Below are positions 8,193 to 18,762 of a DNA stretch of 64,000 bases, in pieces. A program made the translations under genes and the position numbers. A model generated the notes under the pieces. That model searched no databases. It saw nothing but the letters and a program-made list of their open reading frames with translations, and was not told where the DNA came from. The stretch spans positions 28,544 to 92,543 of the forward strand of contig CAJUPX010000005.1 in assembly GCA_910588685.1 (NCBI GenBank). Reading direction: 5' to 3'. How positions within the stretch are numbered: the stretch's first letter is position 1; every line of letters begins with the position of its first letter. The DNA comes from an uncultured Christensenellaceae bacterium. Lineage in GTDB: Bacteria > Bacillota > Clostridia > Christensenellales > Borkfalkiaceae.

Positions 8193-9371
8193 ATGAAAAT
8201 TGCAATAGTGTGCGACGTGTTGGGCGAAAAGAACAACGGTACTACTATCGCCGCAAATAACCTTATAGATTATCTTAAATCGCGCGGACACGAGGTGCGC
8301 GTTTTATGCGCCGATAGCAGCAAAATAGGCACACAGGGATATTTCGTAGTACCTAACAGAAATTTTCTATGCTTTAACGGCTACGTACAAAAAAACGGAG
8401 TGTCGCTTGCAAACCCCGACAAGGATATTATTACCGCCGCGATAGCCGGCTGCGACGTGGTGCATATAATGATGCCCTTTGCGCTCGGACTTGCGAGCGT
8501 TAAAATTGCTAAGAAGTTTAAAATTCCGGTAAGCGCGGGCTTCCACCTGCTTGCGGAAAACGTCACCTGCCATCTGCATATGCAGGACTTCAATATAGCA
8601 AACAAGGCGGTATACGCGCATTTTCACAAGCTGTACTCGCACTGCGACGCAGTACATTATCCTACTCCTTATCTCAGGCGTTTGTACGAGGGTATGTACG
8701 GCAAAACAAACGGATACGTTATTTCCAACGGAGTAAACAACGACTTCAAACCCGCGAAACCGGCTGAGGATAACGGCAGATACCGCATACTTTACGTAGG
8801 CAGGCTGTCAAAGGAAAAAGCGCACAGCGTGCTTATAGACGCGGTAAAGCTGTCAAAATACAGGGATAAAATCGAGCTGGTTTTTGCGGGCGGCGGACCT
8901 CTTAAAGAAAAGCTTGTAAAACAGGCGGAGGATTTGCCCGTGCAGCCCGTGTTCGGATTTTTTTCGAGGAGCGAGCTTGTAAACGTTATAAACGGCGCAT
9001 ATCTCTATGTTCACGCCGCGGAAATCGAAGCGGAGGGCATAAGCTGCCTCGAAGCAATGGCGTGCGGACTGGTGCCGGTAATATGCGATTCGGAGCGCTG
9101 CGCAACAAAGGATTACGCGCTTACGGAACACAGCCTGTTTAAAAACCGTGACGCGCAGGATTTAGCCGGTAAAATCGACTGGTGGATAGAGCACCCCGAG
9201 GAGCGCGAAAAATACTCGGTTAAATATGCGGAGGCATCCGGCGTAAAATTCGACCAGGAAGCGTGTATGGCGGCTATGGAAAAAATGCTGTCGGAAACTG
9301 CTTTCGGCGCAAACACGGGCGCAAAAAAGAAAAAACACGAAAAAAAGGCCGGCGAAGTTAAAAACGGATAA
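8193..9371 (+). CDS. Glycosyltransferase family 4 (GT-B fold)
   Basis: N-terminal MKIAIV...GG-type fold. C-terminal EAEGISCLEAMACGLVPV (the E-x7-E region of GT4 enzymes). Confidence 0.75.
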   Translation: MKIAIVCDVLGEKNNGTTIAANNLIDYLKSRGHEVRVLCADSSKIGTQGYFVVPNRNFLCFNGYVQKNGVSLANPDKDIITAAIAGCDVVHIMMPFALGLASVKIAKKFKIPVSAGFHLLAENVTCHLHMQDFNIANKAVYAHFHKLYSHCDAVHYPTPYLRRLYEGMYGKTNGYVISNGVNNDFKPAKPAEDNGRYRILYVGRLSKEKAHSVLIDAVKLSKYRDKIELVFAGGGPLKEKLVKQAEDLPVQPVFGFFSRSELVNVINGAYLYVHAAEIEAEGISCLEAMACGLVPVICDSERCATKDYALTEHSLFKNRDAQDLAGKIDWWIEHPEEREKYSVKYAEASGVKFDQEACMAAMEKMLSETAFGANTGAKKKKHEKKAGEVKNG

Positions 9372-9466
9372 TTCTGTTACGCTTGAAAACGCGCAACACG
9401 TCTTTCAATTTGGTCAAGATAGATTTAAGGGGGGTACAACTGCGCCCCCCTTCACTTATAATAGAA

Positions 9467-9691
9467 TTAATTTTCTCTGAACAATAATTTCTTGCAGGGC
9501 GCGCCGTAGCAGACTTCTTCTTTTGCCAGCACAACTTTATTATCGCAAATTATGTAATACACCCCTGCGGTCTGCGCCATATTCGCACACGCGGTTTTAA
9601 TAGGTAAAATCTTCCCGTCGTCGTTACAGTCTGCTATTACGTAGCAACTGTCATTTTTATTGATAAATTTATACGCCGCCTTAAAAAACAC
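9467..9691 (-). CDS. Hypothetical small Cys-rich protein downstream of the RHS remnant (possible orphan immunity gene)
   Basis: ORF with a GTG start. Context only; no motif. Confidence 0.2.
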   Translation of the reverse strand: MFFKAAYKFINKNDSCYVIADCNDDGKILPIKTACANMAQTAGVYYIICDNKVVLAKEEVCYGAPCKKLLFREN

Positions 9692-9812
9692 CTCGTCATC
9701 GGTTCTATTATCGCTTATTATGGAATATTTTTCGTCGAGCTCGTAAAAAATCCGTTGTACGGCATTGCCGCGTTTTTTAATTGAACAAAGCTCGAAAAGT
9801 ACCCTGTCGCGC

Positions 9813-10484
9813 TTATCCCCTGTATCTGAACGGATTTAGCTCTGCGATATCCGTATACTCGGGATCTCCGCCTATCTTATAGTTTCCCCACGCATCGTAC
9901 GTATACGTTACTACTTCTCTTTTATCCAGGTCGCTTATTATCCCTACTATATTGCCTTGGATATCTTTTTTGTAGATATAATATACTCTGCCGTATTTAA
10001 ATCCCAAAAGCCCGGTTGTATCGTACAAAAATTCTAAGTTGTTGCCTTGCATTATCAGCCGGCCGCGGCTATCGTAATAATATTTTATTCCGTTCTTTTC
10101 TATACGCTTTCCGTCCGCATTGTATTTAAACGTATTGCCGTTGTAGCTCGCAAGACGCCTCCCCATCGTCCAGGTTGCCGCTTTGCCTCTGTATATTATC
10201 GGATTGCCTACGCTGTCGTATACAAATCTTTCTCCGTTATACGATATCAGTCTGTCGTCGCTGTATTTATAGGTTATTATTTTTCCTGTTCCTGCGGTGT
10301 GGGAGCCCGTCTTATATGCGGTTTCTTCGCGTTTTAATAAATTGCTGTTGTTATCATAGCTGTAAAGCTTAGTAGTGTTGAAGTCGCGGTTGTCTTCGCG
10401 TATCAGTCTTTTTAATCCGTCGTCTGCAAACACAACAATATCCGCACGGTCTGAGGGGAGCCTGTCCGGAATTGTTACCTCCAC
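9813..10484 (-). pseudogene. RHS/YD-repeat protein remnant fused to a restriction-enzyme-N-terminal-like fragment
   Basis: YD repeats (YDSVGN, YYYDSRGRL, YTYDAWGN) end abruptly at NPFRYRG-stop, inside the conserved RHS core-end motif. The upstream 10485-10735 region continues in another frame (…AAFYSELIYCYDYPPNRIKVEVTIPDRLPSDRADIVVF) and has no usable start. Confidence 0.55.
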
Positions 10485-10810
10485 TTTAATTCGGTTCGGA
10501 GGATAATCATAACAATAAATCAGCTCGGAATAAAATGCCGCCCGGACTTTTTCCTCCGGATTTTCGTAATTTTCGGTACGGTTCCCCGAGCAGACATATG
10601 TAATTTTTCTTTTACCCTCTGCACCCGTAATATTTATATAACCGTTTTTTTCGCTTTTTCCAAAGGCGACAAACGCAAACCTACCATATTTTCCGCAGAA
10701 ATTTTTATAAAATCTTTCTCAAATTTATCCATAAAAAATGTCCCCCCCCCTCTGTTATAAAAAACACGTTTGTCAAAGCCGAAAACGCTGCATATTACCG
10801 TGCGTACCGC

Positions 10811-11329
10811 TTAAATTTCAATTAAATAACCGCCCTCGCGCAAAAGCTGTTCTATACCTTCGAGCGCCTGTTCGCTGTCTGCGGAAACTGTGTGGTAATG
10901 GTATCCGTCCGTCACGCTCATAAGCGGCTTAGACGCCCCCGAAACGAGCGAACGGTACAGCTCCTCCACGTGCGTGCGGTTGTATAAACTCAGCCTCGCA
11001 GAAATTTTTCCGTATACTCTGTGGTTAACGAAAATATCCTCTATACGCCCGCCCGCGTTGATTACGAGCACGCCCTCGTCGATTATCTCGTCAAAGGTAT
11101 GGCGGCACTTAAAAATGCGTTCAACGCGGTTATTCTGCGATTTCCCGTCAATAATATAGCCCCTGCTCGTAGCCGTAATATCATAGCCGTTGGCGCGCAG
11201 AATAGCTATATCCTGCACTATAACCTGCCGCGAAACCTTAAATCTCTCTTTTAAAACGCTCGCAGGTATGGCGTTTTGCGTATTGCCGAGCAGGCTTAAA
11301 ATTTCCCCGCGGCGTTTTTCGGCTTTCAT
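10811..11329 (-). CDS. niaR: NAD-biosynthesis transcriptional repressor NiaR (HTH + 3H domain)
   Basis: RRGEILSLL...SVLKERFKVSRQVIVQDIAILRANGYDI. Located downstream of nadB-nadC. Confidence 0.8.
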   Translation of the reverse strand: MKAEKRRGEILSLLGNTQNAIPASVLKERFKVSRQVIVQDIAILRANGYDITATSRGYIIDGKSQNNRVERIFKCRHTFDEIIDEGVLVINAGGRIEDIFVNHRVYGKISARLSLYNRTHVEELYRSLVSGASKPLMSVTDGYHYHTVSADSEQALEGIEQLLREGGYLIEI

Positions 11330-12189
11330 TCCGCCTCCAGAGCTTTAAGATTTTTAAGCGACAAATCGAGTATGGGCGCGCTGTGCGTCAAAGCCCCGCT
11401 CGAAACAAAATCCACGCCCGTTTCTATTATCTTTGATATATTCTCTTTAGTTACGTTTCCGCTGCACTCGGTAAGCGCCCTGCCGCCGATAAGCACAACG
11501 GCTTTTTTCATATCCTCAACGCTCATATTGTCGAGCATAATTATATCAGCGCCCGCCTCTACCGCCTCTCGGCACATCTCGAGGTTTTCCGCCTCCACCT
11601 CGATTTTATGCACGAACGAACAGTATTGCTTAGCCGCCTCTACGGCTTGCTTTACGCCGCCCGCCGCCGCAATATGATTGTCTTTAAGCATAACTCCGTC
11701 CGAAAGATTATAACGGTGATTGTTGCCGCCGCCGATTTTAACCGCATATTTTTCAAATATACGCATATTCGGCGTAGTTTTTCTCGTGTCGAGCAGCTTT
11801 GTTTTGCTGCCCTCCAACAGTTTTACCACCCCGGCGGTGTAGGTAGCAATGCCGCTCATTCTCTGCAAATAGTTGAGCGCGGTGCGCTCTCCCGACAGTA
11901 AAACGCGGATATCCCCCGTAATAACTCCTATAAGCTGCCCTTTGCTCACGCGGTCGCCCTCGTCAACGTAAAACTCAAAAACCGTTTCCGCGTCCAGAAG
12001 CTCAAAAGTACGCGCAAACACGTTTAAACCGCATATTACGCCGTCCTGCTTGCAGATAAGCTGCACGCAGCCCTTTTTCGCGTTCCTTATTACGGCGCCC
12101 GTGCTGATATCCTCGCTCGTTATATCCTCTTTAAGCGCGTTTTTTATAAGCTCGTCCGCGCTGAGAGCCATACTTTCGTAATTAAACAT
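11326..12189 (-). CDS. nadC: Nicotinate-nucleotide (quinolinate) pyrophosphorylase
   Basis: Typical QPRTase length and motifs (LDTRKTTP, MLDNM). Confidence 0.9.
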   Translation of the reverse strand: MFNYESMALSADELIKNALKEDITSEDISTGAVIRNAKKGCVQLICKQDGVICGLNVFARTFELLDAETVFEFYVDEGDRVSKGQLIGVITGDIRVLLSGERTALNYLQRMSGIATYTAGVVKLLEGSKTKLLDTRKTTPNMRIFEKYAVKIGGGNNHRYNLSDGVMLKDNHIAAAGGVKQAVEAAKQYCSFVHKIEVEAENLEMCREAVEAGADIIMLDNMSVEDMKKAVVLIGGRALTECSGNVTKENISKIIETGVDFVSSGALTHSAPILDLSLKNLKALEAE

Positions 12190-13486
12190 TTTTCTTCTCC
12201 CCTATTTTTTCAAGCAAAAGTCTTTTATATTCCCCGAGCAGTTTTTCCGGCTCGGCATAGTATGTCAAATCCAGCTTGTCCGCGGCATATTCCGCGTCCG
12301 GCTTACTGTAAGCCTCAAAATTTCCGGCTATATCCGCCGCGGCGCGCTGCGCAAACAAAAGACTTTCCAAAAGCGAGTTGGAGGCAAGCCTGTTTGCTCC
12401 GTGCACTCCGTTGCAGCACGTTTCGCCTACCGCATAAAGCCGCGCCATAGTGGTTTGACCCTGTAATCCGCTGCGCACTCCGCCCATAAAATAATGCTGC
12501 GCAGGCACTACGGGAATACACTCGGTAAATACGTCGTAGCCCTCTTTTTTACAGTGCTCCACAATCGAGGGAAAATGCGAACGCACTTCGCCGGGGTCTA
12601 TCCCGCGCATATCGAGCCAGACGTGCGGTGTACCGTCCTTTTCCATCTGCTTTAAAATTTCCGCGGTAACTACGTCGCGCGGGCGCAGTTCGTCGGTAAA
12701 TCTGTTAAAATTTTTATCGCGCAGCACCGCGCCCTCGCCGCGCACCGATTCGGAAATCAAAAAACTGCGCACCCCTTTTTGGGGCGTATAAAGCGTTGTT
12801 GGGTGAATCTGAATATAATCGATATTGTCAACGGCAACGCCGCGTTTAAGACATATAGCCACGCCGTCGCCCGTTAAAATACGAAAATTCGTAGAGTGCT
12901 CGAAAATACCGCCGATACCGCCGCACGCAAGCACCGTATAGCTTGCAAAAACCGTGCTCACGGCTTTGATTTTGTTATCCGAGAGCACTGCGCCGAAGCA
13001 CTCGTTTTTGCGGGTAATAAGGTCGAGCAGCGTTGTTTCCGGACAAATCTCCACGTTTTCAAGCCCGCTTACAAATTCCATAAGTTTTGCGGTTATTTCC
13101 TTGCCGGTGCAGTCCTCGTGATAGCAAATGCGCTTTTTAGAGTGCCCTCCCTCGCGCGTGGCGGCAAGCGAACCGTCGGGATTGCGCGCAAAATCCACGC
13201 CCAAGCGGATAAGTCCGTCTATTACGCCGGGCGACTCCTTAATCATACAGGTCACCGCCTCGGGATTATTCTCGTAATGCCCCGCCCGCATAGTGTCCTC
13301 AAAGTAGCTTTCAAAATCCGCGTCGCCCTGCATACGGCATATTCCGCCCTGCGCAAGATAGCTGTCGCTCTTTTCGGGAACGTCCTTGCAAACAAGTAAA
13401 ACACTGAGGCTGCGCGGCAGATTGAGCGCGCAGTTAAGCCCCGCAACCCCCGCGCCTATAATTATAACGTCGTAACTGTTTTTCAA
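12182..13486 (-). CDS. nadB: L-aspartate oxidase
   Basis: FAD-binding VIIIGAGVAGL, HPT and RGEGA motifs; 434 aa. Confidence 0.9.
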   Translation of the reverse strand: MKNSYDVIIIGAGVAGLNCALNLPRSLSVLLVCKDVPEKSDSYLAQGGICRMQGDADFESYFEDTMRAGHYENNPEAVTCMIKESPGVIDGLIRLGVDFARNPDGSLAATREGGHSKKRICYHEDCTGKEITAKLMEFVSGLENVEICPETTLLDLITRKNECFGAVLSDNKIKAVSTVFASYTVLACGGIGGIFEHSTNFRILTGDGVAICLKRGVAVDNIDYIQIHPTTLYTPQKGVRSFLISESVRGEGAVLRDKNFNRFTDELRPRDVVTAEILKQMEKDGTPHVWLDMRGIDPGEVRSHFPSIVEHCKKEGYDVFTECIPVVPAQHYFMGGVRSGLQGQTTMARLYAVGETCCNGVHGANRLASNSLLESLLFAQRAAADIAGNFEAYSKPDAEYAADKLDLTYYAEPEKLLGEYKRLLLEKIGEKKNV

Positions 13487-13569
13487 ATTAATCCTGCTTA
13501 TTTAAGTATTTTACTTAGTTTACAATAAAACTTTACACCTGTCAAGTCAGATGTAAAGTTTTTTATAAA

Positions 13570-13896
13570 TTAATTGATTTGAAAATACTGTTTTAAAGCA
13601 TAGCTTATATTGCCGTCAGCAATATTGTTTATAGGCGCGAGCGGGAAGCCCGAGTCCGCTACCGTAACCGCGGTTTCTACGCCGGGCTGAGCGGCGGGTG
13701 CGGAAGCGGGCGTTGCGGCGGGCGCAAACGCGCTGACCGCTGATATTATTCCGGCTATTTCCTCCGCGCTTTTCAAAGCCGATTTTATGTCGTCGCCGCC
13801 TATCGTTTCAACAAGCGGTTTAACCTCTTCTATGAGCTCGCGGGCGTTAGTTTTTCCTCCGTACAACAACAGCGCTAATATTACCAGTAGTTGCAT
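13570..13896 (-). CDS. Hypothetical secreted/small membrane protein
   Basis: N-terminal hydrophobic segment MQLLVILALLLYGG. No family recognised. Confidence 0.35.
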   Translation of the reverse strand: MQLLVILALLLYGGKTNARELIEEVKPLVETIGGDDIKSALKSAEEIAGIISAVSAFAPAATPASAPAAQPGVETAVTVADSGFPLAPINNIADGNISYALKQYFQIN

Positions 13897-13946
13897 AAAT
13901 TAAATTCCTTGCATATTTTATTATTAATATTATATGCGGAGCAGTT

Positions 13947-14231
13947 ATGAAAGATTTTAAAAATTATACGGGCGAACCCAAAAGCGAGCCCGGCAAAAAA
14001 CCCGATATCAACAATACCGTAGAACTTGCCAAAATTATTTCGAGAGCAATGAACGGTAAAAACCAGAACCAGATTATGCGCACCATAATAGCCGAAGCGG
14101 AGCGCGGCAAGCGCGAAGGCAGGCTGTCTGACGCCGATATAGACAACTTTTACAACGCACTGTATCCTATGCTCGACAGCGCCAAAAGACAAAAGCTTAC
14201 CGAGGTTATCGATAAGCTCAAAAAAATTTAA
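13947..14231 (+). CDS. Hypothetical protein (94 aa)
   Basis: Isolated plus-strand ORF. No family recognised. Confidence 0.35.
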   Translation: MKDFKNYTGEPKSEPGKKPDINNTVELAKIISRAMNGKNQNQIMRTIIAEAERGKREGRLSDADIDNFYNALYPMLDSAKRQKLTEVIDKLKKI

Positions 14232-14276
14232 AATATATACATAAATCCCTCCGTAATTTGCGGAGGGACTTGTATT

Positions 14277-16085
14277 TTATTCTAATACGAATACCTGTCT
14301 TATTTCCATTTGTGTTTCGCCCAGATCCATTGTCGTAACCAAAGCAAGTTTATTTCCGTCGAATTCAATGCGGAGCATTCCGCCGTCAGCATCAAGATAA
14401 TAACCTTTTTCGTCCGTTAATATTTTACCGCTCGCCATAGGCACGTCGTTTTCTCCGTATATAGTGAGCAGTACGCCGGCATCTGAAACAATTATATAAC
14501 CAGCGCCGGTATCACCGATATCGCCGGGCACACCGTCAACATAAACCCCTTCAAACATATATTTTCCGTCAACCGGTCTTTCCGAAGGAACGGGAGGATT
14601 ATTATCAATATCTTCAAACTCGCAGCCCGAAAGGTCGGCGAGAGTATAACCCGTATCCGTTAAAGTAAGCGTTGCTTTACAGCTTGTTTCAATGCTTTGG
14701 TCGTTAACCTGCCATTCATTGACTACGAAAACGTCGTCCTTATAACCGCCGTCTAAATATACGTCTACCATATTTTCGGTATGCGTAAAGTCCACCGACA
14801 TTTTGGTGAGTTTTGAACCGGTTACCGTATATGTTACTTTAAAACCGGACAAATAACTTTCATAACTCGGCTCGGCGGGCGGTATAGCTCCTTCGGGATA
14901 ATTAGAAATAGAGTGGCGTTTAGCGCCTACCGGGCACTGCGTTTTAGTAATATCGGAAATAGCCTGTTCAAAGCCCTGCTGAATACCGGTAATTGTTGCC
15001 TGATTGTTGCTAGCAGCCTGTAATAAATCGTTTAAAACAAGTTTGTCAACCGTGACGGGCAGCTCAAACTCCATTTCGGTTACAAGACTTATATATTCAC
15101 TTATAAGCGCTTTGAGCTCGTTGGATTTTACTACCTTTATTATGTAATCGTACGCCGTAGAATTAGCATCGGCAGCAACCGCAACCGACTTAATATCCAT
15201 TTCGAACATATCTGCTATTGTATGATTTGCGTCTACGGGCGTATTTGCAAATTCTTCAAGCAATCCGGCAAACATAGTCTGCATTGCCGCGCCGTCCATA
15301 CCTGCGGTAAAAGCGTTAATAAGCTCTTTTACTTCGTTCTTAGCAAGAAGCTCGCCTATAGTAGTTGTATTCGTAAGTGATTTAAGGAAATTGTTTACTC
15401 TCTGCAAGAGGTTGTAAACAAGAAGGTTTACGTCTACGCTATAGTCGCCGCCGTTAACGGTAAGAGCGTCGAACTCGTCGCCGAGAGCGAGAACGGACGC
15501 GCCCGTAACGGGTAAAAGCACTGCGCTTGCAAGCTCGCCGAGGTCGGTATCGCCGAGTATTTCGGTAATTATAGGATTTGAAGATATAAGTTCCTTTAAG
15601 TTACCAACCGTCTGTAAAGTTTTGCCGTTGAAATCGGTAACCTTTTCTTCGGAGCTGTAAATGCTCAGCGCCCAGTCGCGGGCAAACGCATAGGAATAAT
15701 ACTTGTCGCCCTCGGTATTGCTTTCAGCTACTAAATCCATATCTCCGTCTAAAATATTGATTTTGCCGCTTGCCGTACCGGTAGTATCGTTACTTGCCGT
15801 TTCTGTTCTTACGGGAGTTTTTTCGCCGTTTTCATAAACTGAATAAGTTCTCTCGCTGTTAATTTCAACGGTTGCGTCAAGAGCTGCATAATTCGCCGGC
15901 GACGCCATAATAGCGTCTATCGCCTTTTCAAGGTCGGTTTTCTGTTCGTCCCCGCCGGGAGTCGTAATGTTGTTGTTGTCTTTATCGTCAGGTTTGTCTA
16001 CGGGCGTACAAGCGGCAAAAACAGCTATTGTAAGCGACATAACAAACGCAACGATTACAGCCATAAACTTTTTAATTGCTTTCAT
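14277..16085 (-). CDS. Large lipoprotein, function unknown
   Basis: Signal peptide with lipobox: AVFAAC-TP. Confidence 0.6.
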   Translation of the reverse strand: MKAIKKFMAVIVAFVMSLTIAVFAACTPVDKPDDKDNNNITTPGGDEQKTDLEKAIDAIMASPANYAALDATVEINSERTYSVYENGEKTPVRTETASNDTTGTASGKINILDGDMDLVAESNTEGDKYYSYAFARDWALSIYSSEEKVTDFNGKTLQTVGNLKELISSNPIITEILGDTDLGELASAVLLPVTGASVLALGDEFDALTVNGGDYSVDVNLLVYNLLQRVNNFLKSLTNTTTIGELLAKNEVKELINAFTAGMDGAAMQTMFAGLLEEFANTPVDANHTIADMFEMDIKSVAVAADANSTAYDYIIKVVKSNELKALISEYISLVTEMEFELPVTVDKLVLNDLLQAASNNQATITGIQQGFEQAISDITKTQCPVGAKRHSISNYPEGAIPPAEPSYESYLSGFKVTYTVTGSKLTKMSVDFTHTENMVDVYLDGGYKDDVFVVNEWQVNDQSIETSCKATLTLTDTGYTLADLSGCEFEDIDNNPPVPSERPVDGKYMFEGVYVDGVPGDIGDTGAGYIIVSDAGVLLTIYGENDVPMASGKILTDEKGYYLDADGGMLRIEFDGNKLALVTTMDLGETQMEIRQVFVLE

Positions 16086-16275
16086 TTATATTCTCCTTAA
16101 ATTTATTTTTTTCTGTTAATAGGGATTAACGGTTGCACCGCAACCGTTAATAAGAATAGGTGTACACCTATTTAATATTCTTTAACTTAACTGCAATAAA
16201 TTATAGTACTTACTTTAAATATTGTCAATAAAACTGCAACAAAAAAACCGTGCGCTGCACGTTTTTTTATTTTAA

Positions 16276-16509
16276 TCAACCCAAACCGAATGCGTGACCG
16301 TTTAAAAGTACGCAAATCAGGTCTACAAGCCACATAAATACGGCGCCCGGGACAATAGTAAGAATACCTATTATTATCCAGAGTACGCTTTTGTTTGCTA
16401 CACCGTTGACTACGCGGCAGATGGAATAAAAAATTTCAAGTACCGGGATGCAAAGCAACAGTTTAACAATAAGGGGTAAGTTATTCACGGTTTTGATTAA
16501 GTCTTTCAT
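16276..16509 (-). CDS. Small integral membrane protein
   Basis: 77 aa with two hydrophobic spans. Hairpin plus T-run terminator just downstream (about 16246-16268). Confidence 0.45.
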   Translation of the reverse strand: MKDLIKTVNNLPLIVKLLLCIPVLEIFYSICRVVNGVANKSVLWIIIGILTIVPGAVFMWLVDLICVLLNGHAFGLG

Positions 16510-16593
16510 AATGTCTCCTTATTATATTATTATTTATATTATATCACTTATATATTATATGTCAATAGTTTAATTTAAAAAGCAACAAAATTA

Positions 16594-16612
16594 CCCTCCT
16601 TGACTCGGAGGG
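16594..16612 (-). terminator. Terminator of the alpha operon (after rplQ)
   Basis: CCCTCC-N7-GGAGGG, followed by a T-rich tract on the minus strand. Confidence 0.6.
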
Positions 16613-16634
16613 CAATTTTCATCTGCAAATTTAA

Positions 16635-17141
16635 TTAAACAAGCTCTATAATAGCTTCTTCCGCTGCGTCGCCGCGGCGTTCGCCCAACACGTAAATTCT
16701 GGTGTATCCGCCGCCCTGTCCTTTTTCTTCGGCGCGCTCGGCGTATTTGGGAGCTATTTCATTGAAAAGCTTTTCCATAAGAGGGTGCTGTATATCGCCC
16801 GTTCTCTTTTTGAAGTCCGATTTTTTCTCTGCGAAAGGCTTAATTTCCTGCAAATCGCGAAGCTTGCCCATAAGCTCTCTGCGCACTGCGAGCTTTTTGG
16901 GGCTGTCTTTTATCGCCTTTGCGGAGTATTCCTTGCCCTTGCTGTCGGTTTTAACAACGTCATACTCGATATTTTCGTCGAATACTTTTATTGCCTTGGT
17001 TATAATCTTTTCAACGTAAGGCTGCAATTCTTTTGCCTTTGCCTTGGTGGTGGTTATTTTTCCGTACCAAAGGAGTTCGGAAGCCTGATTCCTTAAAAGC
17101 GCTTTCCTCTGCTCCGCTGTTCTGCCTAATTTACCCGGCAT
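16635..17141 (-). CDS. rplQ: 50S ribosomal protein L17 (long form, about 168 aa)
   Basis: LGRTAEQRKALLRNQASELL...TTT.KAKE motif. Positioned after rpoA. Confidence 0.9.
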   Translation of the reverse strand: MPGKLGRTAEQRKALLRNQASELLWYGKITTTKAKAKELQPYVEKIITKAIKVFDENIEYDVVKTDSKGKEYSAKAIKDSPKKLAVRRELMGKLRDLQEIKPFAEKKSDFKKRTGDIQHPLMEKLFNEIAPKYAERAEEKGQGGGYTRIYVLGERRGDAAEEAIIELV

Positions 17142-17145
17142 TGTA

Positions 17146-18099
17146 TTAGTCCTCCTTGTTTGAAAGTGAAAGCCCGTAGGATTGAAGCTTTAAAATTACT
17201 TCGTCCAAAGACTTCCTGCCAAGGTTTCTCACCTTTAACATTTCGTCTTCCGTCTTTCTCGTTAAGTCTTCTACGGTATGAATGTTTGCACGCTTTAAGC
17301 AGTTGTAAGAACGAACCGACAGATCCATATCCTCAATTGCCATTGCAAGAATTTTCGCCTGCTTGTCGTCCTCGTTTTTAACGAGTATGTCCATATCCTT
17401 AATGGTTTCGGACAAATCAACAAACAGCGATATGTGGTCCTGCATAATTTTAGCCGCCAAAGATACTATTTCCTTTGCGCTGAACGCTCCGTTGGTCCAT
17501 ACTTCAAGCGTAAGCTTGTCATAGTCGGTATTCTGACCCACGCGGGTGTTTTCAACCGAATAGTTTACCTTTTTAACGGGCGTGTAAATACTGTCGATGG
17601 GAATGTAGTCGAGGTATTCCGTACGCGTGTGATCCGCACCTTTGTATCCTCTGCCTCTGCCTATGGTTATTTCCATATCGATTTTGCCGCCCTCGTCGAT
17701 GTAGCAGATGTGCTGGTCGGCGTTGATTATTTCTATTTCGGCGTCCTCGGAAATGTCGCCCGCTTTAACTTCGCAGGGACCTTCTTTATAGAGGTGAACT
17801 ACTTTAACGTAATCTTTATCGGTTATTGTCGTTTTGATAGCAAGCGTTTTGAGGTTGAGAATAATTTCCGTAACGTCCTCTTTAACACCCTTAATTGCGG
17901 AAAATTCGTGTTTTACGCTGCCGTCCAAAAATCTGATTCCCTGAGCCGCCGCACCGGGAAGCGCGGAGAGCAGTATTCTTCTGAGGCAGTTGCCTATAGT
18001 AAGACCGAAGCCCTTTTCAAGCGGGTCAACGATGATTTTAGCATAGGATTTCTCTTCGTTTTCCTCAACTTCTATTTTGGGCATATCCATTTCGATCAT
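17146..18099 (-). CDS. rpoA: DNA-directed RNA polymerase alpha subunit
   Basis: GNCLRRILLS motif and a C-terminal domain with SVRSYNCLKRANI. Confidence 0.95.
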   Translation of the reverse strand: MIEMDMPKIEVEENEEKSYAKIIVDPLEKGFGLTIGNCLRRILLSALPGAAAQGIRFLDGSVKHEFSAIKGVKEDVTEIILNLKTLAIKTTITDKDYVKVVHLYKEGPCEVKAGDISEDAEIEIINADQHICYIDEGGKIDMEITIGRGRGYKGADHTRTEYLDYIPIDSIYTPVKKVNYSVENTRVGQNTDYDKLTLEVWTNGAFSAKEIVSLAAKIMQDHISLFVDLSETIKDMDILVKNEDDKQAKILAMAIEDMDLSVRSYNCLKRANIHTVEDLTRKTEDEMLKVRNLGRKSLDEVILKLQSYGLSLSNKED

Positions 18100-18124
18100 A
18101 AAACTTCCTCCTTATTATTTATGA

Positions 18125-18748
18125 TTACTTGGAGTACAGCTCGACAATCATATGCTCTGCAATCTGACTGTCAATATCCTGTCTTTCGGGAAGCGCAATA
18201 ACCTTGCCCTGTAATTTATCCAAATCGAACTCCAACCACTTGGGGGTTGCCGCGGGTTTGGTGGACTTTAACGCTTCGAAATATTTATTGGAGGTTTTGC
18301 ATTCTTTTACGGTGATAACGTCGCCTTTTCTAACGATGTAGGAGGGAATATTTACCTTCTTGCCGTTTACAAGGAAATGTCCGTGGTTTACAAGCTGTCT
18401 TGCCTGCGAACGGCTTGCGCCGAAGCCCAAACGGAAAATAACGTTGTCTAATCTGCGCTCTAAGAGCGAGAGCATATTTTCACCGGTAATACCCTTGGTT
18501 CTGTCCGCTTTCTCATAGTAAGCGCGGAACTGTCCTTCCTGTACGCCGTAAATTCTCTTAACTTTCTGTTTTTCGCGGAGCTGCTGACCGTATTCGGATA
18601 CCTTTTTGCGTCCTAAGCCGTGCTGACCGGGCGCCATAGGTCTTTTTTCAAACGGGCATTTTCCGTTGTAACATTTATCGCCTTTTAAAAACAGCTTTCC
18701 TCCTTCGCGTCTGCAAAGGCGGCATTTTGCTTCTCTGTAAGTAGCCAT
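18125..18748 (-). CDS. rpsD: 30S ribosomal protein S4
   Basis: [16 protein letters not shown] start with an S4 domain. Confidence 0.95.
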   Translation of the reverse strand: MATYREAKCRLCRREGGKLFLKGDKCYNGKCPFEKRPMAPGQHGLGRKKVSEYGQQLREKQKVKRIYGVQEGQFRAYYEKADRTKGITGENMLSLLERRLDNVIFRLGFGASRSQARQLVNHGHFLVNGKKVNIPSYIVRKGDVITVKECKTSNKYFEALKSTKPAATPKWLEFDLDKLQGKVIALPERQDIDSQIAEHMIVELYSK

Positions 18749-18762
18749 TTATATATACCTCC

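Noticed and set aside
11326-13486. Absence of nadA next to nadB-nadC
   Set aside because: nadA is frequently encoded elsewhere, so this is not informative within a single window.
17434-18201. 255-aa plus-strand ORF antisense to rpoA. Similar long antisense ORFs occur at 20668-21366, 28443-29384, 30860-31492, 32013-32651, 57971-58963 and 62923-63882.
   Set aside because: All are mirror-frame ORFs of confidently identified minus-strand genes and have no motifs of their own.
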